Below, one piece after another: positions 54,769-64,000 of a stretch of 64,000 nt of DNA. Below the pieces are notes generated by a model. That model did no database searches. It saw only the letters and a list, made by a program, of their open reading frames with translations, and was not told the origin of the DNA. The first letter of the stretch is position 1. Each line of letters opens with the position of its first letter. Source of the DNA: Candidatus Sulfotelmatobacter sp. (GTDB lineage Bacteria > Acidobacteriota > Terriglobia > Terriglobales > Acidobacteriaceae); contig JASHOH010000122.1 in assembly GCA_030041215.1 (NCBI GenBank), positions 7,429 through 71,428 on the forward strand. Direction: 5' to 3'. Made by a program: the position numbers and the translations under genes.

Positions 54769-55986
54769 TCAACTTGCCAACCCTAGATCGTTCACTGCAG
54801 TGCGGACAATTTCCCGCCCTATCACCAACGATGCGGTCGCTGCTGGGGAAGGAACGTTGAGAACGTGCAGCATCCTGCCTGCGGGCACAAACTGAAAATC
54901 ATCGACGAGCGTGCCGTCGCGTTTCAGCGCCTGGGCGCGCACGCCGGAGCCGCCCGGAACCAAATCTTCCGCGTGCAATTCAGGAAGTAATCGCTGTAAT
55001 GCGCGGACAAATGCGGTTTTCGATAACGAGCGGTGAAATTCGTCCATGCCGCTGCGCCAGTGCTTTGCGGCCATGCGCCAGAAGCCGGGGAAGGCGAGGG
55101 ACGAGGCCATGTCATATAGGTCGAAGTCGCTGCGCTGGTAGCCTTCGCGGCGAAAGGCCAGAACCGCGTTCGGCCCGGCATCGACCGTGCCGTTGATGCG
55201 GCGGGTGAAATGAACCCCAAGGAACGGAAACTGCGGGTCGGGCACGGGATAGATCAACGCGCGCACGAGGGGCGCGCGTTCGGGGGTGAGATCGTAATAT
55301 TCGCCGCGGAAGGGAACGATGATCACGTTGGAGTTGGTGCCGGCCATATGCGCAATACGGTCGCTGAACAGCCCGGCGCAGTTGATCAGATATTTGGCGG
55401 CGAATGTGCCCGCGTTAGTCTCGACGAAGATTACGTCGTGCAGAGTGCGCAGGCCTGTGACTTTGGAGGAAGTTCGAACCGTGCCGCCTTGCGCCTGAAT
55501 CGACTCAGCATATTTGTCGCAGACGGCGGCGTAGTCGGTAATACCAGTGGAGGGCACGACCAGGGCTTTGATTCCGCTGGCGTGAGGCTCGATTTCGCGC
55601 AGTTGCTCGGGGCCGATAAGGCGCAGACCGGTGAGGCCGTTGGCTTCGCCGCGGCGATGCAGCTCGTCGAGACGTGGCAGTTCGTCATCGCGCGTGGCGA
55701 CGATGACTTTTCCGCAGATCTGATGAGGAATATTGTGCGTGCGGCAGAAGTCGACCATCGCCTTTGCGCCTTCGACGCACAAGCGGGCTTTCAGCGAGCC
55801 GGGTTTGTAGTAGACACCGGAATGAATGACGCCGCTGTTGTGGCCGCTCTGGTGCTGGCCGACCCGCGATTCTTTTTCCAGCAGCAGCAGATTGAGTTGC
55901 GGAAGACGCGTGGTAATCTCGAGCGCTACCGCGAGGCCGACGATACCACCGCCGATGATGACGACGTCGTGATGGGAATCAGTCAT
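54769..55986 (-). CDS. lhgO: L-2-hydroxyglutarate oxidase (FAD-dependent)
   Basis: DVVIIGGGIVGLA and GHNSGVIHSGVYYKPGSLKA, typical of LhgO/YgaF. Confidence 0.8.
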   Translation of the reverse strand: MTDSHHDVVIIGGGIVGLAVALEITTRLPQLNLLLLEKESRVGQHQSGHNSGVIHSGVYYKPGSLKARLCVEGAKAMVDFCRTHNIPHQICGKVIVATRDDELPRLDELHRRGEANGLTGLRLIGPEQLREIEPHASGIKALVVPSTGITDYAAVCDKYAESIQAQGGTVRTSSKVTGLRTLHDVIFVETNAGTFAAKYLINCAGLFSDRIAHMAGTNSNVIIVPFRGEYYDLTPERAPLVRALIYPVPDPQFPFLGVHFTRRINGTVDAGPNAVLAFRREGYQRSDFDLYDMASSLAFPGFWRMAAKHWRSGMDEFHRSLSKTAFVRALQRLLPELHAEDLVPGGSGVRAQALKRDGTLVDDFQFVPAGRMLHVLNVPSPAATASLVIGREIVRTAVNDLGLAS

Positions 55987-56091
55987 ATCTGCGAACGGAA
56001 GATCATAGCCAAGTAATCGGTTGTGCGTCAGTGCGTTTTGTCACGCAATTGCGCCCACGGGGAAAAGGGACGTTCCCCTATCCAGTTTTCG

Positions 56092-59000
56092 TCATTGTAC
56101 GGTAAGCGTAACCGTAGCACCGGCGGGTTGGCTGATGCTGGCCGGCGAGCCGATGACCGTGATCGTGTAGGTCGTCGGAGAAGTATTACCGCCGGATCCA
56201 GTGCCGCCGCCGTTGCTGCTGCCGCCCCCGCATGAGGACAACAAGAACAGAATGATCAGCGACAGACCAAGGCGCGAGACGATCATTCTGCAATTCCTAC
56301 TTCGTGCGGTGTATGTGAGGATTGCCGAAACAAATAGCCAAATTGCGTAGAGCCAGGAGAGTTTCGTTGCAGGTGGTCGCACCTGACTGCTTCCTACCTG
56401 GGTCGTGACCGTCAGAAGGGCCGAAGTGGCGCTGGTGAGCGGGCCTGCGACGGGGTTCGGGGAGATGCTGCACGAACCCCCTGAGATTGGCGGAAAGATG
56501 CTGCAACTCAGTGTCACTGAGTTGTTGTAGCTGCCGCCCACGGGCAAGACGCTGAAGTTGTAGGTTGCGCTGCCGGGGGCATTGATTGTCTGGCTGGATG
56601 GCGAGAAATTGCCCAGCGCATAGTCCTGGACCACGGTTATAGGGAGAGAAAGATTCTGCGTGGGTTGGCCCGAGGAATCAGTCACAGTCAAAGTAACCGT
56701 ATAGGCGTTCGTCGGATTCGGGGCTGCGCTGTTGGGAACACTCAGCGTCAAGGTCAGCGAGCTTGGGGTGCCTGCGGTGATCGGCAGCAGGTTAGGGCTG
56801 GCTGAACACAGGCTCGCGGGGATGTTTGAGCTACAAGTGGCGTTCAGCGAGCCCGTGTAATTCGCGGTCACAGTGACGGTAGCCGTCTGCGTTGAGTTCG
56901 CAGTGGCGGTGCTGAAAAACGGACCGGTAGTCGCAAGCTGGAAGCTACTTAGAGTCAGCGATGTGCCGGAGGAGTGTGAGAGCGAACCAGATGTTCCCGT
57001 GATTAACACAGAGTAGGTGCCTATCGCGGAGGTATTGGCGGTGTTGATAATCAGTGCGACCGAGGCGGTGCTCGTTCCCGGTGTAACGGGGTTCGGAGTG
57101 AAGTTGCACTGCGCACCTAAAGGCAAATTACTGCATGACAACGTAATCGGATTGGTAAACGAAGATCCTACGGGCGAGACATTGAAGTTGTACGTGGCTG
57201 ATTGCCCTGGAATGATGGTCTCGCTGCCGGGGGTGATCGAACCCATGCTGAAATCCTGAGTTACCGTCAGCGGTATCGTCAGCGAGTTGGCGGGCTCGCC
57301 GGTTTCGTCTTGCGATGTGATGTTGACGCTGTATGCGCCCGGAGTGGCGTTGTCTGGAACACTAATCGTTGCGGTCGCGGGAGAGGAGGAGTTGCTGCTG
57401 ATCGCGACTGGATTCGGAGCAATCGTACACTGCCCCCCGCCTAGCGACGCTACGGCGCAGCTGGCACTGACTTGGCCGCTATAGGAATAGGTGGAAGTAA
57501 AAGTCAGGTTGGCTTGCGCCTGACCGCCTGGCGGCGCGGAAAGCACTAATGGTCCAGTGAGGGCGTAGTCGCCGACATTGAAGGGAACTGGCAACGTTTC
57601 CATCAAAGAACCAGATGTGCCCTGAAACGCGATCTGGTAGCTTCCCGGAGCGAAGCTGGTGCCGTTGATGATCATGTTCACGGTTGAGGGGAATGTGCTG
57701 ACCGTGTCTGGGTTGACGCTGCAGCTTGTCGCTCCATAGGTGCTGGAGCAGCTCAGGCTGACGGTGCCGCTGAAACCATCTTGTGAAGAGATCGTGATCG
57801 GGCCGCTGGTGCCCGTGCTGTCTTCCTTCACGTTGGGGAAGGGAGTGGGTTCGGTGAGAACAAATATGGGGTTCGGGATCACGTTCACGGTGAACGACGC
57901 AGTGGCCGGTGCCGGTGCGCCGTTGGTTGTGGCAATAAGTGTGACCGTGTAGCGGCCGAGTGGTGTTCCGGGTGGGACGGTGACGCTTGCGGTCATATTC
58001 ACCGGCGATGCCTGTGTGGGGCTGACGGTCGCGGCAGGGGTAAACGCGCAGTTAGCGGCGGTGATATTCGGTGCAAAGCTACAACTTAAAGTCACGCTCT
58101 GATTGAACGACCCTTGAGCTGTGACTTGAAAGCTGACAGGGACTGACGTTGCGCCGCGCGGCTCGTTGATCGGATTGGGTGTGGGGGCGGTCAAACCGAA
58201 GTTGACGACATCCAGAATGAGTGCGGTCGAGTGCGTAGTGTTGTTTGGGTCGGAACCGACGCCTTGCAGATTGAAGCTGTAATTCGTGATTGCAGTTCCG
58301 GCAGCAACGGTGACTGAAAATGGCGTCCCACTGGCAGTGGGGGTGAGAGCGGCAGGGCTGGGAGTGCAAGGCGTGGGTGGATTGGTGGATCCCGCAGTGC
58401 AAGTTAAAGTAACGGAGCTGTTGTACCCGTCGAGTGCGGTCAGAGTGCCGTTAAAAACCGGGGTGGTGCCGGGAAACCCGATGAGCAGAGAATTTGGGAC
58501 TGCGATTTCGAAATCGGGCGCGCTAGCCAGGTTGAATTGCCAGACGCCACGGCCATAGGTTGAGGCAATAAGAAGTTTCTGCCCACCGGAATTGAATAGA
58601 TTGAGGGCGGTGACGGCGACATTGGGCAGAAATCCTGTTTGGCCTGAGGCGGGGCCGAGCTCCGTCCAGGCCGGCACAGATGTCGGGCTTTCAAACACGC
58701 CAACATCTGTGCCGGCATAAATAATCTGCGCGATGGGATCGACGAGCACAGCGTTGACCGGACTGTCCGGCAAGGCGTTTGCGCCGGTACCGGTGAAATC
58801 CGTCCAGTTCGTGCCGGCGTTGGTCGTTTGCCAGACGTGGCCGGGGCCAGTGGAAGAGCCCACCGGAGCGGTGAAGCCCATGATTCCTACATAGGCAGTG
58901 TTGCCGGTGGGATCCGAAGTGTCGATCGCAACGCTGGAGATGGGAAACTGGTTGAGATTAATGCTGGCGTCATTGGGGCCATTCATTGTGGTATTGCTGA

Positions 59001-61290
59001 ATGTGGAACTCACCCCCGAAACTGCCGTTGCGTAAGTTGTGACCCAGACGTTGCCTCCGATAGGAGTGGTGGGATTATTCGGCCCCAAGCCGTCAGTGGT
59101 GGCGTAGATGACCTGTGAACCGTTCGAGTTAGTAGGGCCTCCGGCGGCGAGCGCGCGAATCAAGTTGATCTCGTTCCCGGAGCAGGTGCCTGTACCCAGA
59201 GTATCGAAGTTGAGGCTGAGATCTGTAAAGGCGCCGCCGGTGCGCGGGCCGCTCCACACGCGGCAGGTTCCGACAACCAGCGTGCTCGCCGATTGCGGAT
59301 CGAGAATATAGGGGAAGTAGAACGCGCCATCGTCGCCGCCGACGTCGGCGCTGGTCACAACGAAGCTGAAGAGGCTATCGTTGCAGTTCACGCCTGACGA
59401 GCATTCCTGTATGCCCAGTGCGCCGCCTCCAACGTCCGGCTGAGACGCAAAGAAGTTGCCGGTGTTGGGGTCGATGGCGTTGTATCCGCCGTCGCCGCCA
59501 AGAACATTTTCCCAGCTTGTGCTGGTGGTTGCGGTAGCCGTTGCAGGAGAACCGTTGTCTTGCGTGCCGCCGAGAATGATGTCGGGATTGCTTGCGCTTT
59601 GCGAGAAGCTGACGAACTGCGTCATCGAGCCGAGGTTCTGGTTGAGATCGTCGAACACATTTGTGCCCGAGCACGACCCGGTCGTAAGACCGGTGAATCC
59701 GTTGAGGGCACGGTAGATCCCTCCGTCGTTGGCGAAATACATCAGGTCTGCGCCGGACGAGAGAAGGCTAAAGGCGAGAGCGTGTTGATCAGGATGCACG
59801 TGCGCAGGTGCTCCGAGCGGATCGCAACCATAGGCGTGAGTCAGGTTCATGAAAGGGGCGGAGCAGGCGGGAGTGCCGGAAGTGGTCGAGTTGATTATGC
59901 ATTTATAAATATTGATCGCGCCGGCATACAGATCGGTTGGGTTATTCGTGCAGGTTTGCGTGCCACCAGGACAGTCAGGGACGGCGAGGAGCTCGAGATT
60001 GTAGAATCCCTGCTGCACTCCGCAGCCGTCGATGTCGCCACAGTCGGTGATGCCGCTGTCATCGATTTGCGTCCAGGAATCACCGGCGTTAGTGGTCATC
60101 CAAATGCCCTGATCGGCCGGTTGGCCATTGGAGTTGGAGACGAACCAGACGTACATCTCATTGCGTCCCGGGACGACAGTGATTTCACCGCGATAGATAG
60201 GGCACGTGGTGACGTAGTTTTGGGGGCAGGCCGTTGGGTTGAGAACTCCGCCGCCAGGCTGGTTAGCGAGGTACGTCCAGTTCAGGCCGTCGGGAGAAGA
60301 ATAAAAACCCTGGTAACGCACGGCGGCGAAGAACAATCCCGCAACGGCGTTGTAGACAACTGATGTAGCCGACGTCGCTTCGCTCGCGCTCGATACAAGA
60401 GCATCGTAGCTCCAAGTTTGGCCGGCATCGGTCGAAGTGTAGAGTCCGCGATAGGTGTTGCTGGTTAACGCGCCATCGACCACGCCTTCGGATGTTGCGG
60501 CCATGGCCGCGACCACGGTGCTGGGATTTGCCGTGCTGAAGGCTATACGCGTTACGCCGAGACCTGCAAGGGAGTATGTGCCGCCGTTCGCGGTGGAAGC
60601 GAGTGTCCAGGTGTTGCCGCCATCGGTGGAGAGTAAAATTCCCAGTCCGAAGTAAGAATCGGCAGAGTTGTCGGCTTCGCCGGTGCCGGCTAAAACGACA
60701 CTCTGTGCGGGATTGTTGTTTCCCGGCTGAATGGCGATAGCGCCGATGGAAAGCGTGGCTTGGTCGTCGGTAAGCGGAGTCCAGGTGACGTTGTTGGCGA
60801 CACTGGTGGCCGCATTCGCGGATTTCCAGACTCCGCCTTGCGCGCCCCCGACGTAAACCGTGTTGCCGGTCGGGTCGGCGGGATCCATGGCGACGGCTGT
60901 GGTGCGGCCTGAAACCTGGTTATAGTTCTGAAAGCCGTCGCCGGTTGCGTCGGAAGCGAGCGGCACCGGGCCGAGCGGAGTCCAGCCGCCGCCGGAAGAT
61001 TCCGGATTTTGAGAGTTCGGGTGAGCGGACTGGGACCTTGCCCGTCGAGCAGCGCGTGCCTGCATTTTGCTTTCGTAGGCGCGGCGGCGAAGCTCGGAGC
61101 GGCCGGGAATGACGCGGCCGTGCAGAAACCATTCGGAGCGCTGTTCAACATGGTCGGCATCGGCATCGGAAACTGGAGCATCTTTGGCGTGATGCGCTCC
61201 CTGGGCCGGGAGGATTGCAGAGAGCAGGATTAAGAACGCAGGTGGGCAGATTTTTCGGCTGGGCCTGGGAGAAATCATAAAGCCCCTCAA
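56092..61290 (-). CDS. Giant secreted BNR/Asp-box beta-propeller protein with seven tandem Ig-like repeats and a C-terminal double hydrophobic module
   Basis: Signal peptide. Asp-boxes STDGGNTW, STDAGQTW, SSPDGLNW, TTNAGDSW, TTNAGTNW within aa ~100-920. Seven ~100-aa repeats, each with a Cys pair (e.g. VTLSCS...C.F.P.P). C-terminal TM helix plus a lipobox-like segment. Confidence 0.85.
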   Translation of the reverse strand: MRGFMISPRPSRKICPPAFLILLSAILPAQGAHHAKDAPVSDADADHVEQRSEWFLHGRVIPGRSELRRRAYESKMQARAARRARSQSAHPNSQNPESSGGGWTPLGPVPLASDATGDGFQNYNQVSGRTTAVAMDPADPTGNTVYVGGAQGGVWKSANAATSVANNVTWTPLTDDQATLSIGAIAIQPGNNNPAQSVVLAGTGEADNSADSYFGLGILLSTDGGNTWTLASTANGGTYSLAGLGVTRIAFSTANPSTVVAAMAATSEGVVDGALTSNTYRGLYTSTDAGQTWSYDALVSSASEATSATSVVYNAVAGLFFAAVRYQGFYSSPDGLNWTYLANQPGGGVLNPTACPQNYVTTCPIYRGEITVVPGRNEMYVWFVSNSNGQPADQGIWMTTNAGDSWTQIDDSGITDCGDIDGCGVQQGFYNLELLAVPDCPGGTQTCTNNPTDLYAGAINIYKCIINSTTSGTPACSAPFMNLTHAYGCDPLGAPAHVHPDQHALAFSLLSSGADLMYFANDGGIYRALNGFTGLTTGSCSGTNVFDDLNQNLGSMTQFVSFSQSASNPDIILGGTQDNGSPATATATTSTSWENVLGGDGGYNAIDPNTGNFFASQPDVGGGALGIQECSSGVNCNDSLFSFVVTSADVGGDDGAFYFPYILDPQSASTLVVGTCRVWSGPRTGGAFTDLSLNFDTLGTGTCSGNEINLIRALAAGGPTNSNGSQVIYATTDGLGPNNPTTPIGGNVWVTTYATAVSGVSSTFSNTTMNGPNDASINLNQFPISSVAIDTSDPTGNTAYVGIMGFTAPVGSSTGPGHVWQTTNAGTNWTDFTGTGANALPDSPVNAVLVDPIAQIIYAGTDVGVFESPTSVPAWTELGPASGQTGFLPNVAVTALNLFNSGGQKLLIASTYGRGVWQFNLASAPDFEIAVPNSLLIGFPGTTPVFNGTLTALDGYNSSVTLTCTAGSTNPPTPCTPSPAALTPTASGTPFSVTVAAGTAITNYSFNLQGVGSDPNNTTHSTALILDVVNFGLTAPTPNPINEPRGATSVPVSFQVTAQGSFNQSVTLSCSFAPNITAANCAFTPAATVSPTQASPVNMTASVTVPPGTPLGRYTVTLIATTNGAPAPATASFTVNVIPNPIFVLTEPTPFPNVKEDSTGTSGPITISSQDGFSGTVSLSCSSTYGATSCSVNPDTVSTFPSTVNMIINGTSFAPGSYQIAFQGTSGSLMETLPVPFNVGDYALTGPLVLSAPPGGQAQANLTFTSTYSYSGQVSASCAVASLGGGQCTIAPNPVAISSNSSSPATATISVPDNATPGAYSVNITSQDETGEPANSLTIPLTVTQDFSMGSITPGSETIIPGQSATYNFNVSPVGSSFTNPITLSCSNLPLGAQCNFTPNPVTPGTSTASVALIINTANTSAIGTYSVLITGTSGSLSHSSGTSLTLSSFQLATTGPFFSTATANSTQTATVTVTANYTGSLNATCSSNIPASLCSASPNLLPITAGTPSSLTLTLSVPNSAAPNPTNAYTVTLTVTDSSGQPTQNLSLPITVVQDYALGNFSPSSQTINAPGSATYNFSVLPVGGSYNNSVTLSCSIFPPISGGSCSISPNPVAGPLTSATSALLTVTTQVGSSQVRPPATKLSWLYAIWLFVSAILTYTARSRNCRMIVSRLGLSLIILFLLSSCGGGSSNGGGTGSGGNTSPTTYTITVIGSPASISQPAGATVTLTVQ
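56392..58518 (-). repeat. Seven divergent tandem coding repeats (~300 nt each) encoding Ig-like modules of the giant protein
   Basis: Recurrent protein pattern ...S(V/L)TL(S/T)C(S/T)...C...P(N)P...(Y)(T/S)V.(I/L)T...L.(L/I)(P).(V). Boundaries are approximate (aa ~925-1633). Confidence 0.7.
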
Positions 61291-61365
61291 CTATGTGGCA
61301 GTATGTGGAGTGAGAAACCGCGTGGTCAAAGAAAAAACGTGAATAAAAATCCGCTGAGGACCATT

Positions 61366-62247
61366 ATGGGAAAATTTATGGCTTCGACGAAAATGTTGCG
61401 AACGCTGCGCAGACGGTGCTTCCGAGGAAGTTTTCGCTTGGGCGCGCTGAAAAGCGTGTGGAGCGGGCACTCTTGCCCGCTTGCCTTTTACGCGATGTTA
61501 TTGTTTCTTCCGGGACTGAGTGTTGCCCGGGCCGCACCTGCAGATCACGAGATCACTGTCGCGGCTGCGGCTGATTTGAGCGTCGCGCTGCAAGAGATCG
61601 CAACCAATTTCGAGAAGCGCACTGGCATTGCGGTGAAGCTTTCTTTTGGAGCATCTGGCGCATTGACCCAGCAGATTCAGAATGGCGCTCCTTTTGATTT
61701 ATTTTTCTCAGCGGATATGGATTATCCCAGGCAATTGATCGCGGCTGGGGACGCAGATGGCGCAACGCTGTATCGTTACGCGCAGGGGAAGCTGGTATTG
61801 TGGGTGCCGAAAGATTCGCCGCTGGCGGTCGAAGAGAAAGGCGTCAATGCGCTGCTTCACCCGTCGGTGAAGAAAATTGCCATCGCGAATCCACAACACG
61901 CGCCATACGGGCGGGCTGCCGTAGCCGCTCTCAAACACTTTGGACTGTATGAAAAAATATCGGACAGGCTAGTGCTGGGAGAAAATGTTGCGCAGGCGGC
62001 GCAGTTTGTGGAGTCAGGCAATGCGCAGGCGGGATTTGTGGCGCTTGCCCATGCAGTTGCGCCCGCGATGCAGGAAAAAGGCAAATACTGTGTAGTTCCG
62101 GCAGATGCCTATCCCCCACTGGATCAGGGCGTGGTGCTGATTTCGCGGTCGCAGCACACGCAAGAGGCGGCGGCGTTTCTCGAATATATAAAGAGGGCAG
62201 ATGCGATGGCTGTGTTGAAGCGGTATGGGTTTGCGTTGGGTGATTGA
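61366..62247 (+). CDS. modA: Molybdate ABC transporter substrate-binding protein
   Basis: ITVAAAADL, SFGASGAL, FFSADMDYP, IANPQHAPYG. The start is uncertain (61303, 61366, 61378 or 61393 in the same frame). Confidence 0.85.
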   Translation: MGKFMASTKMLRTLRRRCFRGSFRLGALKSVWSGHSCPLAFYAMLLFLPGLSVARAAPADHEITVAAAADLSVALQEIATNFEKRTGIAVKLSFGASGALTQQIQNGAPFDLFFSADMDYPRQLIAAGDADGATLYRYAQGKLVLWVPKDSPLAVEEKGVNALLHPSVKKIAIANPQHAPYGRAAVAALKHFGLYEKISDRLVLGENVAQAAQFVESGNAQAGFVALAHAVAPAMQEKGKYCVVPADAYPPLDQGVVLISRSQHTQEAAAFLEYIKRADAMAVLKRYGFALGD

Positions 62248-62279
62248 GGGTTTCGATCGCCAATCACGCAGTCACCTGA

Positions 62280-63005
62280 TTGGCGTGGAAGGTCAAGCTG
62301 ATTAACTGGGAAGCATTCCGGCTCACGATTGAATTGGCGGTGGTGGTGTCGGCGATTCTTTTCGTCATCGGCTTGCCGCTGGCATACTGGATTGCTTTTT
62401 CGCGCTGGCGCTGGAAGTTTTTGGTTGAAGCGGTTGTTGCGTTGCCCATTGTGCTGCCGCCCACTGTGCTTGGATTTTACGTTCTAGTCGCACTCGGGTC
62501 GCGCAGCCCTCTGGGGCGCATGTGGCAGTCGCTGACTGGGCACACACTGGCTTTCACGTTCACCGGGCTTGTGATCGGTTCTATCCTCTACAGCCTGCCA
62601 TTTGCGGTGCAGCCATTCGCTGCGTCGTTTTCCTCGGTCAACCGGAAATTGCTGGCGGCGTCGGCAATTCTTGGCGCTTCGCCCCTTCGCACTTTTTTTC
62701 GCGTGGTGGTTCCACTTTCAGCGCCGGGGCTGGTTACCGGGCTGGCATTATCGTTTGCCCATACCATGGGCGAGTTCGGGGTGGTGCTGATGGTCGGCGG
62801 AAATATTCCGGGAGTGACCAGAACAGTTTCGATCGATATCTACGATCAGGTACAGGCCGCGAACTATGCGGCCGCGAATGCGATGGCGCTGCTATTGCTC
62901 ATCTTCTGTTTTGTAGTGCTGGCGCTGGTTTATGCGCTGAATCGCGCGAATGTGCTTTCGACGGTGTCAAGCCGCGAGTGGCGGAGAACGAGTCCGGCGG
63001 GATAG
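62280..63005 (+). CDS. modB: Molybdate ABC transporter permease
   Basis: LPIVLPPTVLGFYVL and FAHTMGEFGVVLMVGGNIPG are typical of ModB. TTG start. Confidence 0.9.
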   Translation: MAWKVKLINWEAFRLTIELAVVVSAILFVIGLPLAYWIAFSRWRWKFLVEAVVALPIVLPPTVLGFYVLVALGSRSPLGRMWQSLTGHTLAFTFTGLVIGSILYSLPFAVQPFAASFSSVNRKLLAASAILGASPLRTFFRVVVPLSAPGLVTGLALSFAHTMGEFGVVLMVGGNIPGVTRTVSIDIYDQVQAANYAAANAMALLLLIFCFVVLALVYALNRANVLSTVSSREWRRTSPAG

Positions 63006-63014
63006 CGAGACTCC

Positions 63015-64000
63015 ATGCCCACAGCGGAATCGTCACAACCTCTTCTGTGCGTTAACCTGCGCCAGACCCTCGGCTCGTTCCAGCTTGATTGCGAATTCGT
63101 AGCAAGCGCGGGATTCAACATACTATTCGGGGCGTCAGGGGCGGGAAAGACAACGCTGCTCGACTGCGTGGCAGGGCTAACGACTCCCGACGGAGGACGA
63201 ATTGTGGTCGGCGATCGCGTCCTCTTCGATGCGAGTCAAGCCACGAATATTCCTGTGGCGAAACGTAATGTGGGGTATGTCATTCAGGAGCTCGCGCTGT
63301 TTCCGCACCTCACGGTGGAGCAGAATGTCGAGTACGGCGTGACCAAGTTGTCGCGCACGCAACGACGCGAGCGCGCGATTTCGATATTGCGTGAGTTTCA
63401 CATCGAGCAACTACGCGATCGAAGGCCGGGAAAGATTTCTGGCGGCGAGCGCCAGCGGGTGGCGCTGGCGCGAGCCTTGGTAACCGAACCACGCGTGCTG
63501 TTGCTCGATGAGCCGTTGGCGGCGCTCGACGCTCCAATCAAAGCGAAAATTATTGACGACCTGCGCCGGTGGAATCAGGCTCATGCCATTCCGATTCTTT
63601 ACGTGACGCATAGCCGCGAAGAGGTAATTGCCCTGGGTGAGCGGGTGCTTGTGATGGAAGCAGGGCGCATCATCGCGCAAGGCACGCCGCACGAGGTGCT
63701 GCGCGCGCCGCGGCAGGAGACCGTGGCGCAGCTGACGGGATTTGAGAATATTTTTGACGCCTCCGTCTGGCTGGTGCATGAGGATCGCGGCACCATGACC
63801 TGCCGTCTGCCGGGCAGCAAACCGAAGACGTTCGTGCTTTTGGAAACCCCGCTGATCCGCGCCCAGCCGGGCTCGCTGCTGCGGGTTGGAATCCGCGCTG
63901 GAGACATTCTGCTGGCCATCGTTAAGCCCGAGGGCCTGAGCGCCCGCAACGTCATCGCAGGCCGCGTGGTTTCGCTTGAACGGCGTGACATGATCATTTC
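63015..64000 (+). CDS. modC: Molybdenum ABC transporter ATP-binding protein; 3' end cut by window edge
   Basis: My translation from ATG 63015 gives MPTAESSQPLL..., Walker A GASGAGKTT, signature ISGGERQRVALARAL, Walker B LLLDEP, then the start of a TOBE/Mop-like domain. The frame stays open to position 64000. Confidence 0.9.
   Translation, partial: MPTAESSQPLLCVNLRQTLGSFQLDCEFVASAGFNILFGASGAGKTTLLDCVAGLTTPDGGRIVVGDRVLFDASQATNIPVAKRNVGYVIQELALFPHLTVEQNVEYGVTKLSRTQRRERAISILREFHIEQLRDRRPGKISGGERQRVALARALVTEPRVLLLDEPLAALDAPIKAKIIDDLRRWNQAHAIPILYVTHSREEVIALGERVLVMEAGRIIAQGTPHEVLRAPRQETVAQLTGFENIFDASVWLVHEDRGTMTCRLPGSKPKTFVLLETPLIRAQPGSLLRVGIRAGDILLAIVKPEGLSARNVIAGRVVSLERRDMII

Noticed and set aside
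61291-61365. Possible molybdenum-cofactor riboswitch or ModE operator upstream of modA.
   Set aside because: The leader is too short and lacks the conserved Moco-motif stems I can recall. No clear palindrome is present, and the modA start itself is uncertain.

Overview
This is a 64-kb, moderately GC-rich, gene-dense bacterial chromosomal segment. I call about 58 protein-coding genes on both strands. I recognised no rRNA, tRNA, CRISPR array, transposase or integrase. The protein architectures and several short intergenic repeat families suggest an Acidobacteriota-like soil bacterium, but that is inference only.

Most of the content is housekeeping:
- A divergent HD-GYP response regulator and giant multi-sensor histidine kinase pair.
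- A minus-strand run of ndh, nfeD, an SPFH/stomatin gene and a SPOR gene.
- thrC.
- A tightly coupled tetrapyrrole operon: ccsA/hemX-like, hemA, hemC, DUF4442, paiB-like, hemD.
- A dnaX-ybaB-recR block.
- A chlorite-dismutase-family (ChdC/HemQ-like) gene.
- A VapBC toxin-antitoxin pair.
- A large phosphate/polyphosphate neighbourhood: phoU-pstBAC without pstS, a CHAD protein, ppx, and ppk1-sixA.
- proC, galE and lhgO.
- A 1732-aa secreted BNR/Asp-box propeller protein carrying seven Ig-like repeats.
- modABC, with modC cut by the window end.

I found no clearly novel multi-gene system. The most unusual items are:
- Two uncharacterised genes locked inside the hem operon.
- The CHAD / Zn-ribbon / ppx / sixA-ppk1 arrangement.
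- The odd C-terminal module of the giant surface protein.
- An esterase homologue lacking its nucleophile serine and carrying a YPGGGGG repeat insertion.
- Three signalling proteins with non-canonical receiver domains or partners.
- At least four families of short structured intergenic repeats and several very long hairpins.

All functional calls come from motif and family recognition by eye. No database search was run.
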